A DNA stretch of 64,000 nucleotides. Origin: Dimorphilus gyrociliatus. Lineage: Eukaryota > Animalia > Annelida. Positions 14,839 to 27,484 of the stretch are shown here, piece after piece. The notes beneath the pieces are model-generated. The model saw nothing but the letters and a program-made list of their open reading frames with translations, was not told the origin of the DNA and ran no database searches. The first letter of the stretch is position 1; every line of letters starts with the position of its first letter. The translations under genes and the position numbers were made by a program. The stretch covers positions 2,232,968 through 2,296,967 of the forward strand of contig CAJFCJ010000009.1 of the NCBI GenBank assembly GCA_904063045.1. Direction: 5' to 3'.

Positions 14839-17800
14839 ATGGTTGAAGAACGAATTTCTCTTCTTAAAAGTATTGGCTTAACTGAAACTAAAGCCAAAGA
14901 AACTCTTCAAAATGAAACTGTAACCTCTAATCTAATATCCATTATAACAGAGGTAATTATTTTAAAGTACAAGAACTATTTCTTGTAATTTTTCCTTTGT
15001 GAATATCTTATCTGAAATTGTATCATTTGTTGTCTTATTTTATCAGGCAAAAAACTTATCCGGCAAGGATGGCTTTAGTAAACAACAAGGAAATATTTTG
15101 TACGCCATTGGGACCAGAATGAAGGAACAAATAACTAAACACCGGTCCATGCTTGTTAAGTATGTCGTGGAGGACAAAATAGCTAGCGATTTACAATTTA
15201 CTTGTAAAGCATAAATTCATTGCTTTAGACTATCGTAACTAACTCATGTTTGAAATACCAGCCGCTCTTGACTTTTTAATGGACAACGTGGCAGGTACCT
15301 TCGACATTAAACAATTCGAAGAAGCAACTGGTGTTGGTGTTCAAGTAACAGGCGAAGAAATTGAAGAAGTAGTAGAAGACGTTTTGAAGAAGAACCACGA
15401 TGAACTCTTAGAAAAGAGATATCAATTTAATACTGGAATGCTGATTAGAGAGGTTCATTTCAAGCCAAACTCATTATTTATTTGAATTCAATGATTAAAC
15501 TTTTCAAAGGTTCGCGATCGTCTTAAATGGGCTGACGCAAAAATTGTCAAAAGTGAAATTGAAATTCAACTTTTGCACTTACTTGGTCCCAAGACAGAGG
15601 AAGATCTTAAAAAAGGAAAAACGAAAGTAAGAATTTTCAAAACCATTTAGTCAAACTAATAATCAATTTGAAAGGTGAAGGCTAAGGTTGTTGGCACCGA
15701 AAAGGATAAAAAACCAATTTCTAAACCTGCTTCGGAAGAAAATGACACTGGAGTAGATTCCAAGGGAAATGTCAAAAGTTTCTCGGAAATGGCAGGGGCT
15801 GCTTTACATTTCCATAAAGTAGGCGAAAACTATAAAACTGATGGTTATACTGTAACTCCTGAAATCATGCAACGTCTAAAAGAACATTTTAAAAGAATTA
15901 ATGGACAGGTAAACAATCAATCTCTATCAAAAAATAATTTTATTCAAGCAAACTACTTCAGGTCAGAACACGATTTCCTCCTGAACCTAATGGAATCCTT
16001 CACATTGGTCATGCTAAAGCTATAAACTTCAACTTTGGTTATGCAAAAGCCCATAATGGTATAACATTTTTGCGATACGACGACACCAATCCAGAAAAAG
16101 AGGAGGAAAGGTTTTTTGTCGGCATTAGGGAAATGGTTGAATGGTTAGGTGAGTCAAATTTTGGATATGTTGAAGAAAAATTGCACTGTAAACGAAACTG
16201 CGAATTGTTTTATTTTAATTCGTTGTTAAAGGATATGTGCGAAATCATCCAATTTTCGTTAATTTTCCAAAAAAATAAACAATTTGATGTGTTTATTGTA
16301 AATAACGAAAACTTTCCATGTTTTGCAGGATACAAACCTTACAAGATTACACATTCATCTGACTACTTCGACGAATTATATAATTTAGCGAAGGTACTAA
16401 TTAAGAAAGGTCTTGCATATATTTGCCACCAAACGGCGGACGAATTGAAAGGTCACAATCCACCACCATCTCCCTGGCGAGAGCGACCTATAGAGGAATC
16501 GTTAGCCCTATTTGAAGATATGAAAAATGGTAAGATTGATGAAGGAAAAGCAACGTTGCGTATGAAAATGATAATGTTGGATAGTAAACAGGACCCTGTT
16601 GCTTATCGAATTAAGTTCAGTCCTCACCATCGAACAGGAGATAAATGGTATATTTATAAATATATGAAAGCAAAAATCATGTATTTTATTCAAATTTCAT
16701 GCTAATAGGTGTATATATCCAACATATGATTACACCCACTGTCTCTGTGATTCGATAGAAGATATAACTCATTCATTATGCACTAAGGAATTCGAAGCAC
16801 GCAGACCTTCTTACTATTGGCTCTGTAACGCCGTAGATGTTTATTGCCCTGTACAATGGGAATATGGAAGGTTAAACGTTAATTATACCGTAGTATCAAA
16901 GAGAAAAATTGGAAAATTAATTGAACATGGAATTGTACGCGACTGGGATGATCCTAGATTATTTACACTTACTGCTCTCAGGCGCAGAGGTATACCCCCT
17001 GAAGCTATAAATTTATTCTGTGCTAAAGTTGGGGTAACTGTTGCTCAAGTTTCTTTTGACCCTATAATGCTTGATGTCTGTACAAGAAATATTCTAAATG
17101 TTACTGCACCTCGTGCCATGGCTACCTTAAATCCACTGAAGGTCAACATTTTGAACTTCCCTGCAAACCATCCCCGAACAGTTAAAGTACCAAATTTCCC
17201 AGCCGATGAATCCAAAGGATATCATAATATTTCCATAACTGAAGTCCTTTATATTGAGGAAGAAGACTTTCAAGAGGTTTGTGACAGATGTCGGAAAGTA
17301 ATTTGAATTAATATTTTAATGTCTCCAGAAAGATGATAAGAATTTTAAAAGGCTCACTCCGAACCAGCCTGTTGGACTGAGACACTGCAATTTCGTGATG
17401 AACGTTGAAAAAGTTAAGAAAGGAAAAGATGGAAAAATTTGCGAACTTGATGTTCGAATTACTCCGGTTAGCGAAACGGCGAAACCTAAAGCCTTTATTC
17501 AGTGGGTTTCTGATCCTGAAATATGCCAAGTACGAATTTATGAAAGACTATTTAAACATAAGAATCCTGAAGACCCTAGAGAAGTTCCCGGTGGATTTGT
17601 AACTGATTGTAACCTTGACTCCCTTAAGATCATTCCAAACGCTTATATCGATAAATCTGTCAAGAGTGCTAAAGTCTACGATAAGTTCCAATTTGAACGA
17701 TTAGGTTATTTCAGCGTTGACACCGATTCTGCAGATGGAAAGGTGGGTTTTATACCATAATTCTATTATTTCATAATTAACGATAACTTTTTCATATAGC

Positions 17801-17853
17801 TAATCTTCAACCTTACTGTCACTTTGAAAGAAGACTCTAAAAAAAATCCGTAA
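14839..17853 (+). CDS. QARS1: Glutaminyl-tRNA synthetase, multi-exon
   Basis: Contains [20 protein letters not shown] (HIGH motif), [60 protein letters not shown] and [12 protein letters not shown]. Confidence 0.97.
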
Positions 17854-18015
17854 AATACGAAAATAGACTCGATATATAAGTACATTTGCTGTGAAGTAAA
17901 ATAAACAAACGCTTTCGAATATAAATGAATTCACTGTTTATTTAAATTATATTTGGGCTGTTAAATAAAATTAATGTAAATTCATCTAGGACATACTTGG
18001 AATATACCGTTAGGT

Positions 18016-19388
18016 CTATTTGCTACTTTTCTCCGAATCTTGTAGAGCTTTGACAAATCCTTCAACGTCTCCGTTCTGTGCAGCCTGTTGGGCAGCTTCA
18101 CCTAATTCGAACTGAGCTATTACTGGTCCTAATTGTCCAGTGGCTAGAGCGGAGGCAAAAGTCTGTAAGGCCTGTTGAAAATGGGGGGAACTAACTGTCG
18201 CTCTTAATTCGTCAGTTGTTCGAGGTAAGCTCTCCGCTTCAGGAAGATGAGGCAATAAGGCTTCCCGGTGAGCAGGATTCGATAAAAGAGGAATCAATGC
18301 CTCTGGTGTCAATGCTGATGAAATATCGACACTTTGACCAGCAGGTGCCATGTCAGTAAGCATGCTCTGCAAGTCAGATAATTGAATCCTCTGAGCCCTC
18401 TGTTCGCTTCCCTCATTGGATGGAGCGGTAGCTGCAGTTGCTGGTCGTGCCCCAACTTGCGCTGAATCAGCTGTTCCGCTTCGGGGTCCAGGAGAAGATT
18501 GGACACGTGACGGGGTTGTTGACTCGGACGTCGTTTGACCAGAGCCAGGCCTTCCAATTATTGCATTTAGGTTGCTAGAATTAGGCCCTCCACCCATTCC
18601 TAAAAGTTGAATTAGTTGTTGTTGGTTCATGCCACCTAAAATATTCGATAGCTCAGGGTCAGCAACATCACTGGGTAATCCACCATTCCCAGTTCCTCCT
18701 CTGCTACCCATTTGGGGTGGAGGATGGTTGAGAAGCTCGTTAACTTTTTTACAGTTGTCTTCATCTTTGTCTGTCTTTGGTTCCTGAATGTATGATATCT
18801 ATATAATAAAAGCTTTAGATCCCATAAAATGATATTACCTGGACCCAAAAAAATAATTTCCGAGTTGAACTTTTAAACTTCAGTAAAAATACTCTACCAG
18901 TCTTACACTGAGGAACTCTTCGGAATACCGTATCATCAGGAAATATGATCAAATCCTATATTACAGATCAATTAAAAACTTTGAATTAAATTTATGATTG
19001 GTGGTGCTTACATCTTCAGGTTTATTCGATGTGCGGTCCTTCCAGCAAAAATGCATCAAACCATCTTCGGATTGAAAGATGTAGATTAAGCCTATAGAGT
19101 ACACAAATAGCAATAAGTTGCATATATTTCATCTAATTAAAAAAAAAGTAAGCTTCTTAAGCTTTAAAAGTAAATTTATAACTTAAAACTTATGAATCAC
19201 TTTTCACAAGTCATCCTAAAATGATACAGCATCGCAAGAGGCACACGTTTCACCTAATCTTACTAACCTTTACGCTTATCCGGATACACTATCTTGTCAC
19301 TTGAATTGAGAGTCATCTTGCCAGCCCGGAACTCCAGCAAATTTTTGCTTTGAGACCGGGTTGAGCCGAAAAGTGCACCAGACGCCAT
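18016..19388 (-). CDS. ADRM1: Proteasomal ubiquitin receptor Rpn13
   Basis: N-terminal [27 protein letters not shown] (Pru domain), [19 protein letters not shown] and the C-terminal UCH37-binding region [27 protein letters not shown]. Confidence 0.95.
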
Positions 19389-19878
19389 TTTGATTACTCA
19401 GGAAAAAATTTCAAAATTTAAGTGCGCCATCTAACGACAGCATGTTAACCAGTTCTCGTAGAGTTTAAATAATCAATTTTTGAGCTCTTTTCGACATAAA
19501 TTACAAAGAAAGATTATTCAGAACTTTCCTCGATATTAAAATAACAATAAATCAGTTTTGTATAAAAAAATTGGAATATCAGTAAAAAACTTTTATATGG
19601 TCGCTTTCTAACAATCTATACTCTGAAATGAAAAAAAAAATTTTTAACTCTAAATTGACGTTTAATAGATCAATTTACATTTTGATCAAATCACTTTTAT
19701 TGATATTTATAACAAACAGACGAACTTTCAATGGTGGTAAATATTCTTCGAAGTATTAAGTTTGAAGATGGACATCACTAACGTCTAGAACACTTTTGAT
19801 TTTGGAAAAGTTGTGAAATCAACCGGCGTCTGTCTTAAAGACTTGTAGATATTTCCTGATAACAAAACTAAACTTGAT

Positions 19879-20907
19879 ATGTCTAACAACGAAATATCTA
19901 AAGAGGAGGTTGACCAATATGACAGACAGATTCGTCTGTGGGGAATAGAAGCACAGAATCGGTAAGCCACTACAAAACTATTATATCGCCCACTTTTATA
20001 TCGTGTTCTGTTGTAGACTTCGGAATGCAAATGTATTAATAATCGGCATGGGGGGATTTGGAGCTGAAGTTACAAAAAACATTGTTCTTGCAGGAATTAA
20101 CTCCATTGTTCTAATGGATGATAAAAATGTAAGTTTATAGAATTCTACCAACTAAATATCGATTATATAATGAATCTTGAATTTCTCGTAAAAAAGGTGA
20201 CGATGGTTGATGGTAGTTGTCAATTTCTTATTGATATTACTAAAGATATCGGAAGAAACGTAAGATTTATATAATTACAAATTCACAATTGAATTTCTTG
20301 AAAACATTTAAATTTGCAACTCTAGAGGGCGGAATGTTCAGTCTCAAGAACAAAATTACTTAATCCAAATGTAAAGGTCTCCTTTATAGCGGAAACCATA
20401 AAGAATCTTTCTAATGATTATCTTAAAAAATTTGATGTCATCTGTGCTACGACTGGTTCTCAGGAGGATATAACGAGATTGGATGAAACCTGTCGAGAAA
20501 ACGGGACCGTCCTCTTCTTTGGATGCGTTCAAGGAACCTTCGCTTATTATTTTATTGATGCAGGAAGTCATGAGTACACTAAAAAAACTATTAAGAATCA
20601 AGAAACTACATATTCGGAAGATGTTCAGGAATTTCCTAAATTCTCAGATGTGCTCGAGACTAGAAATCCGTCTACATTACTCATTAAAGCCTTGGATTTT
20701 ATTACAGGTGTAAAAAAGCCTATATTAATGGAATTCGGTGTTGCTTGCGCTGTTATCGGTGGAATTGTCGCTCAGGAAATAATTAAAGCCATTTCAAAGA
20801 AAGATCCACTGTACAATAATTTTTTTGTATTTGACTCTCAAGGCGATGGAAGTGGCCAATTTTACAAAGTGTTAAAAGAAAAATATCCATGTCAAAAGTT
20901 TGATTGA
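19879..20907 (+). CDS. SAE1: SUMO-activating enzyme subunit 1 (AOS1), ~279 aa in 4 exons
   Basis: Encodes YDRQIRLWGIEAQNRLRNANVLIIGMGGFGAEVTKNIVLAGI, RAECS..LNPNVKV and CAVIGGIVAQEIIKAISKKDP..NNFFVFD. Confidence 0.88.
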
Positions 20908-21063
20908 ATTAGTTAAAAAGAAACACATTTACTTTATTATTGAAAAATATCTAAAACGTTTATTCATTTTGAACGCAAGTTAGTGAAACATTTATTCAAA
21001 TTTATTAGAAGCTTAGTTTCAGAATCGTATTGGAGCGTTTTGAAAAAACTAATATTCAGATTT

Positions 21064-21510
21064 TCACTTTTGTTTCTTTTGGCCCATTTCATTTGCTCTA
21101 TTTGTCATCAATTCGTGCTGCAAAAAAATGAACATAAACTATCTAAATATACAGAAAAATTTTATTTTACAAAAAGCTACCAATTTGGGACTTTTTCGAG
21201 CAATCATTTTAACATCTTCAACTGATACGGTATTTCTTTTAGCATGTTGAGCAAAGAGTTCAAGATCTCTTGCCATCATTTCACTATACTTCCACGCAGC
21301 TTCTGTCATTACAGCAAGCACTTTTTTTTGAAAGGATATTTGTTGTCTGTCCGCAACTTCTTGGCAAGTCGATCCTACCGCAAAATGAATAGCTGCCTTT
21401 AGTCTCTGTAATCAAAGTTTGCCGATCAAAATTAATTGATTTATAATAAAGCAAATACCAACCTTCTTGATAACGTCTACTTCAGAATCAGAGTCATTTT
21501 CCCCAGACAT
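21064..21510 (-). CDS. CENPS: Centromere protein S (MHF1), histone fold
   Basis: Encodes RLKAAIHFAVGSTCQE...ARDLELFAQHAKRNTVSVEDVKMIARKSPKL in 3 coding exons. Confidence 0.92.
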
Positions 21511-21821
21511 AGTAATTTGTTCTTTAAGTTTTCAATCTGGACCTGTAGAAATTATTTAAATAGAACGTCCTGCTTTTGCTAAGTACATATTTCATAAATG
21601 AAGATCTAATGGTGCAAACTGACAATGCTAAAGAGCGAGTACATAGGAGAAAAGGAATGGTATATCAATAAATAATAATTTATACCTTATACTTTTAAAC
21701 ATACAGTTTATTGCCTTCTAATAACAATATACAGAAGTAATCAGCTATTCTAAAATATTAAAGTGAATTAGTTTTATTTAGGTAGAAAGACCAATACTGC
21801 GGTAAGGTTCGCACTTTAAAA

Positions 21822-21832
21822 TTTTGGCGGGA
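21822..21832 (+). promoter_or_regulatory. E2F-like element TTTTGGCGGGA in the CENPS/RPS25 divergent promoter
   Basis: GC-rich E2F-type motif in an otherwise AT-rich intergenic region next to a cell-cycle gene. Confidence 0.35.
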
Positions 21833-21998
21833 TTAATCTGGTAAATTTGCCAAAATAATTTTTATTGAAATTTTATTAAATTATCATAAAACAATGATTT
21901 GTAAAATATTATTAATATTAAGGATTATTTTAAATCATATTTTGCCGAATCAAAAATAATAAAATAAGTGCGGTCCTTGAAATCGTAGCCGGAAACAG

Positions 21999-22008
21999 CC
22001 TCTTTTTC
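21999..22008 (+). promoter_or_regulatory. 5' terminal oligopyrimidine (TOP) tract of RPS25
   Basis: CCTCTTTTTC ends 13 nt upstream of the ATG of a ribosomal protein gene. Confidence 0.7.
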
Positions 22009-22021
22009 GCTAACTGCAAGC

Positions 22022-22789
22022 ATGGTCGGTATATCAGACAAAAATTCCAAAATTTTCATAGTTTTCCTTGATATTTGGAAATTTCCCCTCTCTCATACCT
22101 TAATTATATAATAAAGAATCATTTGTAACTACAGCCTCCCAAAAAAGCCGACCCGAAAGGAAAAGGAAAAGCCGCCCCAGCTAAGAAGAAGGAAGGATCC
22201 TCTGGTGGAAAGGCTAAGAAGAAGGTGATCATTTCGACTGACTGTTTTAGCGGTTGTTCTCTTATGTAATATTTTATTAACGTTTACAGAAGTGGTCGAA
22301 GGGAAAAGTCCGTGACAAACTCGATAACTTGGTTCTCTTTGACAAGGGAACGTACGACAAACTGTACAAAGAAGTAAGTGTAAAACATTGAGCGAAAACG
22401 TAATAGCATCATTTTTAAATTAGGCGAATATTTTCAATAATGTAACACCTTCTTTTGCAAATCAAGTAATCAACTTAAAAAATTTATTTTGACATTGATC
22501 TTGAACTAATGTCCTTAACCATGCTGTTTTCAAAATATCAGCACGTTTATTATGTTACTATAGTAAAGCATCCTAATTTTTTTCATCCTACATAATTATC
22601 TTTCTTGTATAACAGGTACCGAGCTATAAATTGATAACCCCCTCGGTTGTTTCCGAACGTTTAAAGATTCGTGGATCCTTGGCCAGAATGGCCCTCCGGG
22701 AGTTGCATGAAAAAGGTGTTATCAAAGTTGTTTCGAGACACCATAGGCAGCAAATCTACACCAGACCATCTAAGGCCCAAGAAAGTTAA
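22022..22789 (+). CDS. RPS25: 40S ribosomal protein S25 (4 exons, first is ATG only)
   Basis: ATG|gt, then [10 protein letters not shown]...GGKAKKK|[28 protein letters not shown]|[24 protein letters not shown]. Confidence 0.97.
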
Positions 22790-23269
22790 ATTAACAGATA
22801 AATTTTTTGAGAATACAGTTTGGTGAATGAATACTTCTAGCACTTGTACAAGCTTTTTTTTAGAGCTAATCAATTTTACTTCTAGAGGAGTTAACTTACA
22901 TGATATACTAAAGGCGTACTTACGGTGAAATTACTTGAACAAACGAAATTAGTATCTCAATGTCACATAAGTTGTGAAAATTGAATTATCGAAATGTTTA
23001 TTGGTGTTTTTTACTATAGAGGATAGAATTCACTCTAATTTATTAAAATAGAGATGATCAATATTAAGACATTGAAAGTGATACAAATACTCTTGGATAT
23101 ATTTAGACGATTTTCAAAGACACTTAAAAGAGCAACTAACAATTTTAATGGGTGTGTCAGGGAATACAATAGGGTAAATTTCCCTAGATATTAATATCCA
23201 ATAGGCGTCTTTTATGTGAAAGGAAATTACTGAAAGTACACAAATATTTCTTATGAACAGAATAAACTC

Positions 23270-23886
23270 TTAGCAAGTCGGTCTTGCTGTTCGTGTTGTG
23301 CACTCTTTCTCGTAATACTTTCTGTCACTATTGCTGTTCAAGCTCTTTAAAGTATAGCCAAACTGCAATGAGCCGTTTGGAAAAGTAAATCCAGTACAAT
23401 TTGAGTGAATTGAACAAATATCTGAACACGACTTTAAGGTATCACAGTTTATACCTTTCATTTCATACTTGGTTGTTTGCAATAAGTTATAATAGATAGA
23501 ACCTAATTTTTGACCAAAGATTTGTATATCAAGCTTTGGTAAACTCCCATTAGACGTCAAATGCAAGTACATGCCAAAAGTAGGCTTATAACATTTGATT
23601 ACGTAAGTATATACGTTATCAGCATTTGGGACTTGTAACCACCTTCTTGGAATATAATAATTGCATTCAGTTGCATTTAGTCTTGATCCTTGAGGTGAAA
23701 TATCTATATTAATATTATTCGTTAATGGTTGCGTTGTTTTAAAAACTATTGATGTTATATTTCCGCAACTTTCCAATTTTAGAGAGAAATTCCTATAGCC
23801 ATTCACAGAGAAATTTTGCAATACAGGGATTTTTTCATAGACTTGGTTACCGACCATTTCTCCAAAAGCTACAGAGAGTATATACA

Positions 23887-23930
<44 letters not shown>

Positions 23931-26890
23931 CTGTTTGTTTTCGTTTAATATAACAATATTACATAATAGGCAGAAAAAGAAATGACCTACCAACTGGATA
24001 AATAATGCCGTCAATCGGTGTTTCTGGAATTTTGTTACCGTATATGATAACTTCGCATATTGTTAATTCAATAGAATTAATTCCTGTTATGAATGAAATT
24101 CTTCCAGTATTATTACATTTAAAAAATAGCGGCCAATTAACACCCTCAGTATAATTAGTAAATGTACACTTTCTATTGGAATTGAAATCGTTTTGACCTG
24201 GCCAATTTTGAAGTATATAAGTATGTAACTTGTCAATAATGCCTGCGAATAAATAAATAATACAAATATTAATTTCAATAGCATATTTATATTTCAATAT
24301 AAAAAATATATATAGTATAATAAACGCAGCATGACCTATCGGAGTTTGAACGTTTAATATAATTTCTTGAAATTTTATATGACTATAGTTGAGGAAGTAA
24401 AAGGCAATCCAGGAACTTTTGGCATTTTCAAATTGAAAGCAAATGTCACGTGAATAAAAGTCATAAATGTTTAAAGCATTTTTGTCTATAGTTAGAGATA
24501 AGTTTTGATTGAATTCATCATAATCGGAAACGTCAACTAAGCTAGCATCGATAATTTCTAAAAATATAAATAGTTTTAAAGTGAAAACTTGCTAGTCTTT
24601 TTTTTTTCTATTAATAACTACCTTCGTTATTTACCTCCTGTTTGCCAAATATTAATAATTCACATATTTCAATACTTCCGTTTATCGTACTAAATCTAAC
24701 AAATCTTGCTTGTTCATTATCATTACAAACGAAGAAGAAGGAAGCTCCAACATGCTTTAATATATCAAGTTTGATGTTATCATTAATACAAAACTTTTTA
24801 TAGAATAATGAATCATCGGATAGTTGTTGAAAGTCTATTAAAAAATTAATTGTGTACTCGAATGATCTAGGTTGAACAAGCTGGGCTATAAAAAGATAAA
24901 ATAAAAAAAAAACACATCACAAAATTTTAAAACATCCTTGTGTTATATATAATTAGTTTTTACCATATCCATTTCTAGCGACAAAACCAATTTTTTGTAT
25001 TATATATAATTGTAATAAATCAATAATTAACCATTCTCTTTCGCCAATTTCGGTTACAGAACATCCGTCAACCCAAAAAGAATCTCTACTATTATTATCT
25101 ACCGAATAGCCGGAATATCCTCCCCTATTTAAATACTGATAGACGGATGAAGACCAACTAGGCTTATTTTTTGCAATATTTGGATAATCTACAGGAAGAA
25201 AACGTACTTTTTTCACGACAGTGATAGCTTATAAGTTTATGATACAAACGATCATCTTCTACATAAAAGCCATAGACGTTAACTTCGCAAATTCTTTCGC
25301 TATCTTCACTTGGATTATTATTTCTTTCTTTTTTTATAAGTACAGTATTTGATTTGATTGTTAAATCATCGCAAAATATTTGATAGTCTTGCTCTTTATT
25401 TGTTTTACCGCAGTAATTCGTTTCATTGATAGTAAATATATCACTTTCTGACTTTTTCAATGAGGAATAGATATAGTAATCATATAGATTTGTTGTTGAG
25501 TTTTTGTAGCCTATTTAAGATGGTCAAAAATAATGGAAATAGTGTTATTTAATAAAAGATATAAATACTTTTTGATGAAGTTTGACACATTGACGTATTA
25601 AAATACGTTGTTCCAAGTGTAAAATTACTGTAGAATTGAAACTTTGGATCATATTTATAATTAATTGGATTATTTAATTCTTCCAAAGTTGGCTTATAAT
25701 GTAAGCTTTTTGTCGTTGTACCCGATGGTTTAATGTCCACATCAAATGTCCAAAATCTTGATTTCCATATTGAAGTATGAACATAAACGCAATGGCTTAT
25801 ACTTCCTTGGCTTGTCGACGCCGATCCAGTTGCGTACGGTTTAAGAACTTCGTATCCTTCGTGCCTCATAAAAAATCTCGCTAATCGAAATATTTTCTAT
25901 TAAAATTTTACGCAAAATTATTCTAATAGTTATAATAACCGTCCTCTTTAAGAACGAATAGTTCTATACTATAAACATTGTAGATTGCGTTCAGGAAAAC
26001 TGCTAAGTAGGAGGGAGATTGGAAAGCGTCGAAAGACGTTCTGTGTATACTTTTGGGAAGTTGAATATCTTTAAGTAGGGCAGAGATAATGAATGAAAGG
26101 AATCTTATATCTTAATGATAATAATAGAGTTAAATATTTGTTTAATAATTACCTATTGTTTTATAATCTTTTATTATACTGGCCTGAATCATATATAGAT
26201 AATTGTCAGCTTCCTCTTTTACTTGTACAATGAAACCGGGAAGTAGTGTACTATTTACGTCTCTGTTTGTCAATCTCTCCGACAAAGGAATACTTGCTTG
26301 TATATTTTTAATAGAACCAATACAATCGCTCCCATGTAAACCGAAGACGTCATTAGCTTGTATAAGTATAGGATTCACTAGTTTCAAGGTACTAATGACA
26401 TAATTTTTAGCCATAGGCACTTCGTAAGCGCTGTTTATTTGATATTTTCCGGAAATGAGGCGAGTCCAAACACCTATACAGTTAGCAATATTTAGGTTTA
26501 GTTTTTATTATGATTAGTAATAATAATAGAATACAAAGAAAAGGCTTAAAGTGAAAAATGAAAAGCTGTTACCGAAGTAACATTGTTCATTATTTGCTCT
26601 GATAAACTTCCATTCAACAATAAATCCTCTTTCATTAAATGAATTGTCAGGTTTCTTAAATATATTAATACCATAGAAAGAGTTATCATTTTCTAGTGAA
26701 GGTATTGTAATATCATCCATTTTGTAATTTGGAAACGTTAATACATTTTTACCAATTAAACACTCAATTTTCATGATTATTAAACAATCTATAAGGCAGT
26801 TATTGGTATTTAAAAGTGTTGAAATTAAATTTTTGCAATAAAAAAATTACCAATAAGGATTATTAATTGAAAGTAGTTGAAACTATACAT
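23270..26890 (-). CDS. Secreted multidomain protein: CUB-like start, several degenerate F5/8 type C (F-type lectin-like) domains, C-terminal PAN/apple-like domain
   Basis: Hydrophobic start MYSFNYFQLIILI; CUB-like end RGFIVEW; NIAKNKPSWSSSVY...AVDN-like...GCSVTE...EWLIIDL and RICEVNVYG / LTICEVIIYG are F5/8-type signatures; C-terminal CSDICSIHSNCTGFTF. Exon boundaries are partly uncertain. Confidence 0.6.
23891..23927. repeat. (AT)n microsatellite in an intron
   Basis: About 18 AT units. Similar shorter tracts lie near 8965, 35790, 37000 and 58765. Confidence 0.9.
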
Positions 26891-27484
26891 ATTATCCGTT
26901 TGACTGCAATATATTGAATGACAAATGAACTGGTTTGTCAACTTAAGTATCTATTGAATTAATATTCTTCCTGTGTCTTTCCTAAGGTCAATATGAAAAA
27001 TGATAAAAACTCCAAGGTGAATAGGAGTTAGAACGGATTTACTAACTAAAAGAAGGAAAATCTATATTTATAGATAAATTACGTAAAAAATATCTTGTTT
27101 ATTTATATTAAAATGGTATAACAGCTTTAACAAAAGAATTATCAAAAGCTATTGTTTCTATCCAAGAGGAGTCGACTTTCCATCGAATAGGGAATTGAAT
27201 ATTTCTTAAACTAACAAATAAATATATATAATGTAAACTATATAATATTAGTTAATAATCTAATGTTTTAAATTATTAATTAATTACAATCATCTAATTA
27301 AGATAGGCATTATTAATATTCATTAATTTAATTTCTATTATCTGTAAAAGAATAACTTTTTGTCAATATTAATCTTTATCACTTCTATAGGCCTATTAAT
27401 AGAAAAAGGAAGAAAAAAAAACAAATATATATACAGTATATATAAAAGTATTGAAACTTTCCTACGATCATTACAGAGTAGAAA

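Noticed and set aside
19768-19788. Six-codon upstream ORF before SAE1
   Set aside because: The TSS is unknown and short ORFs are common; not supportable.
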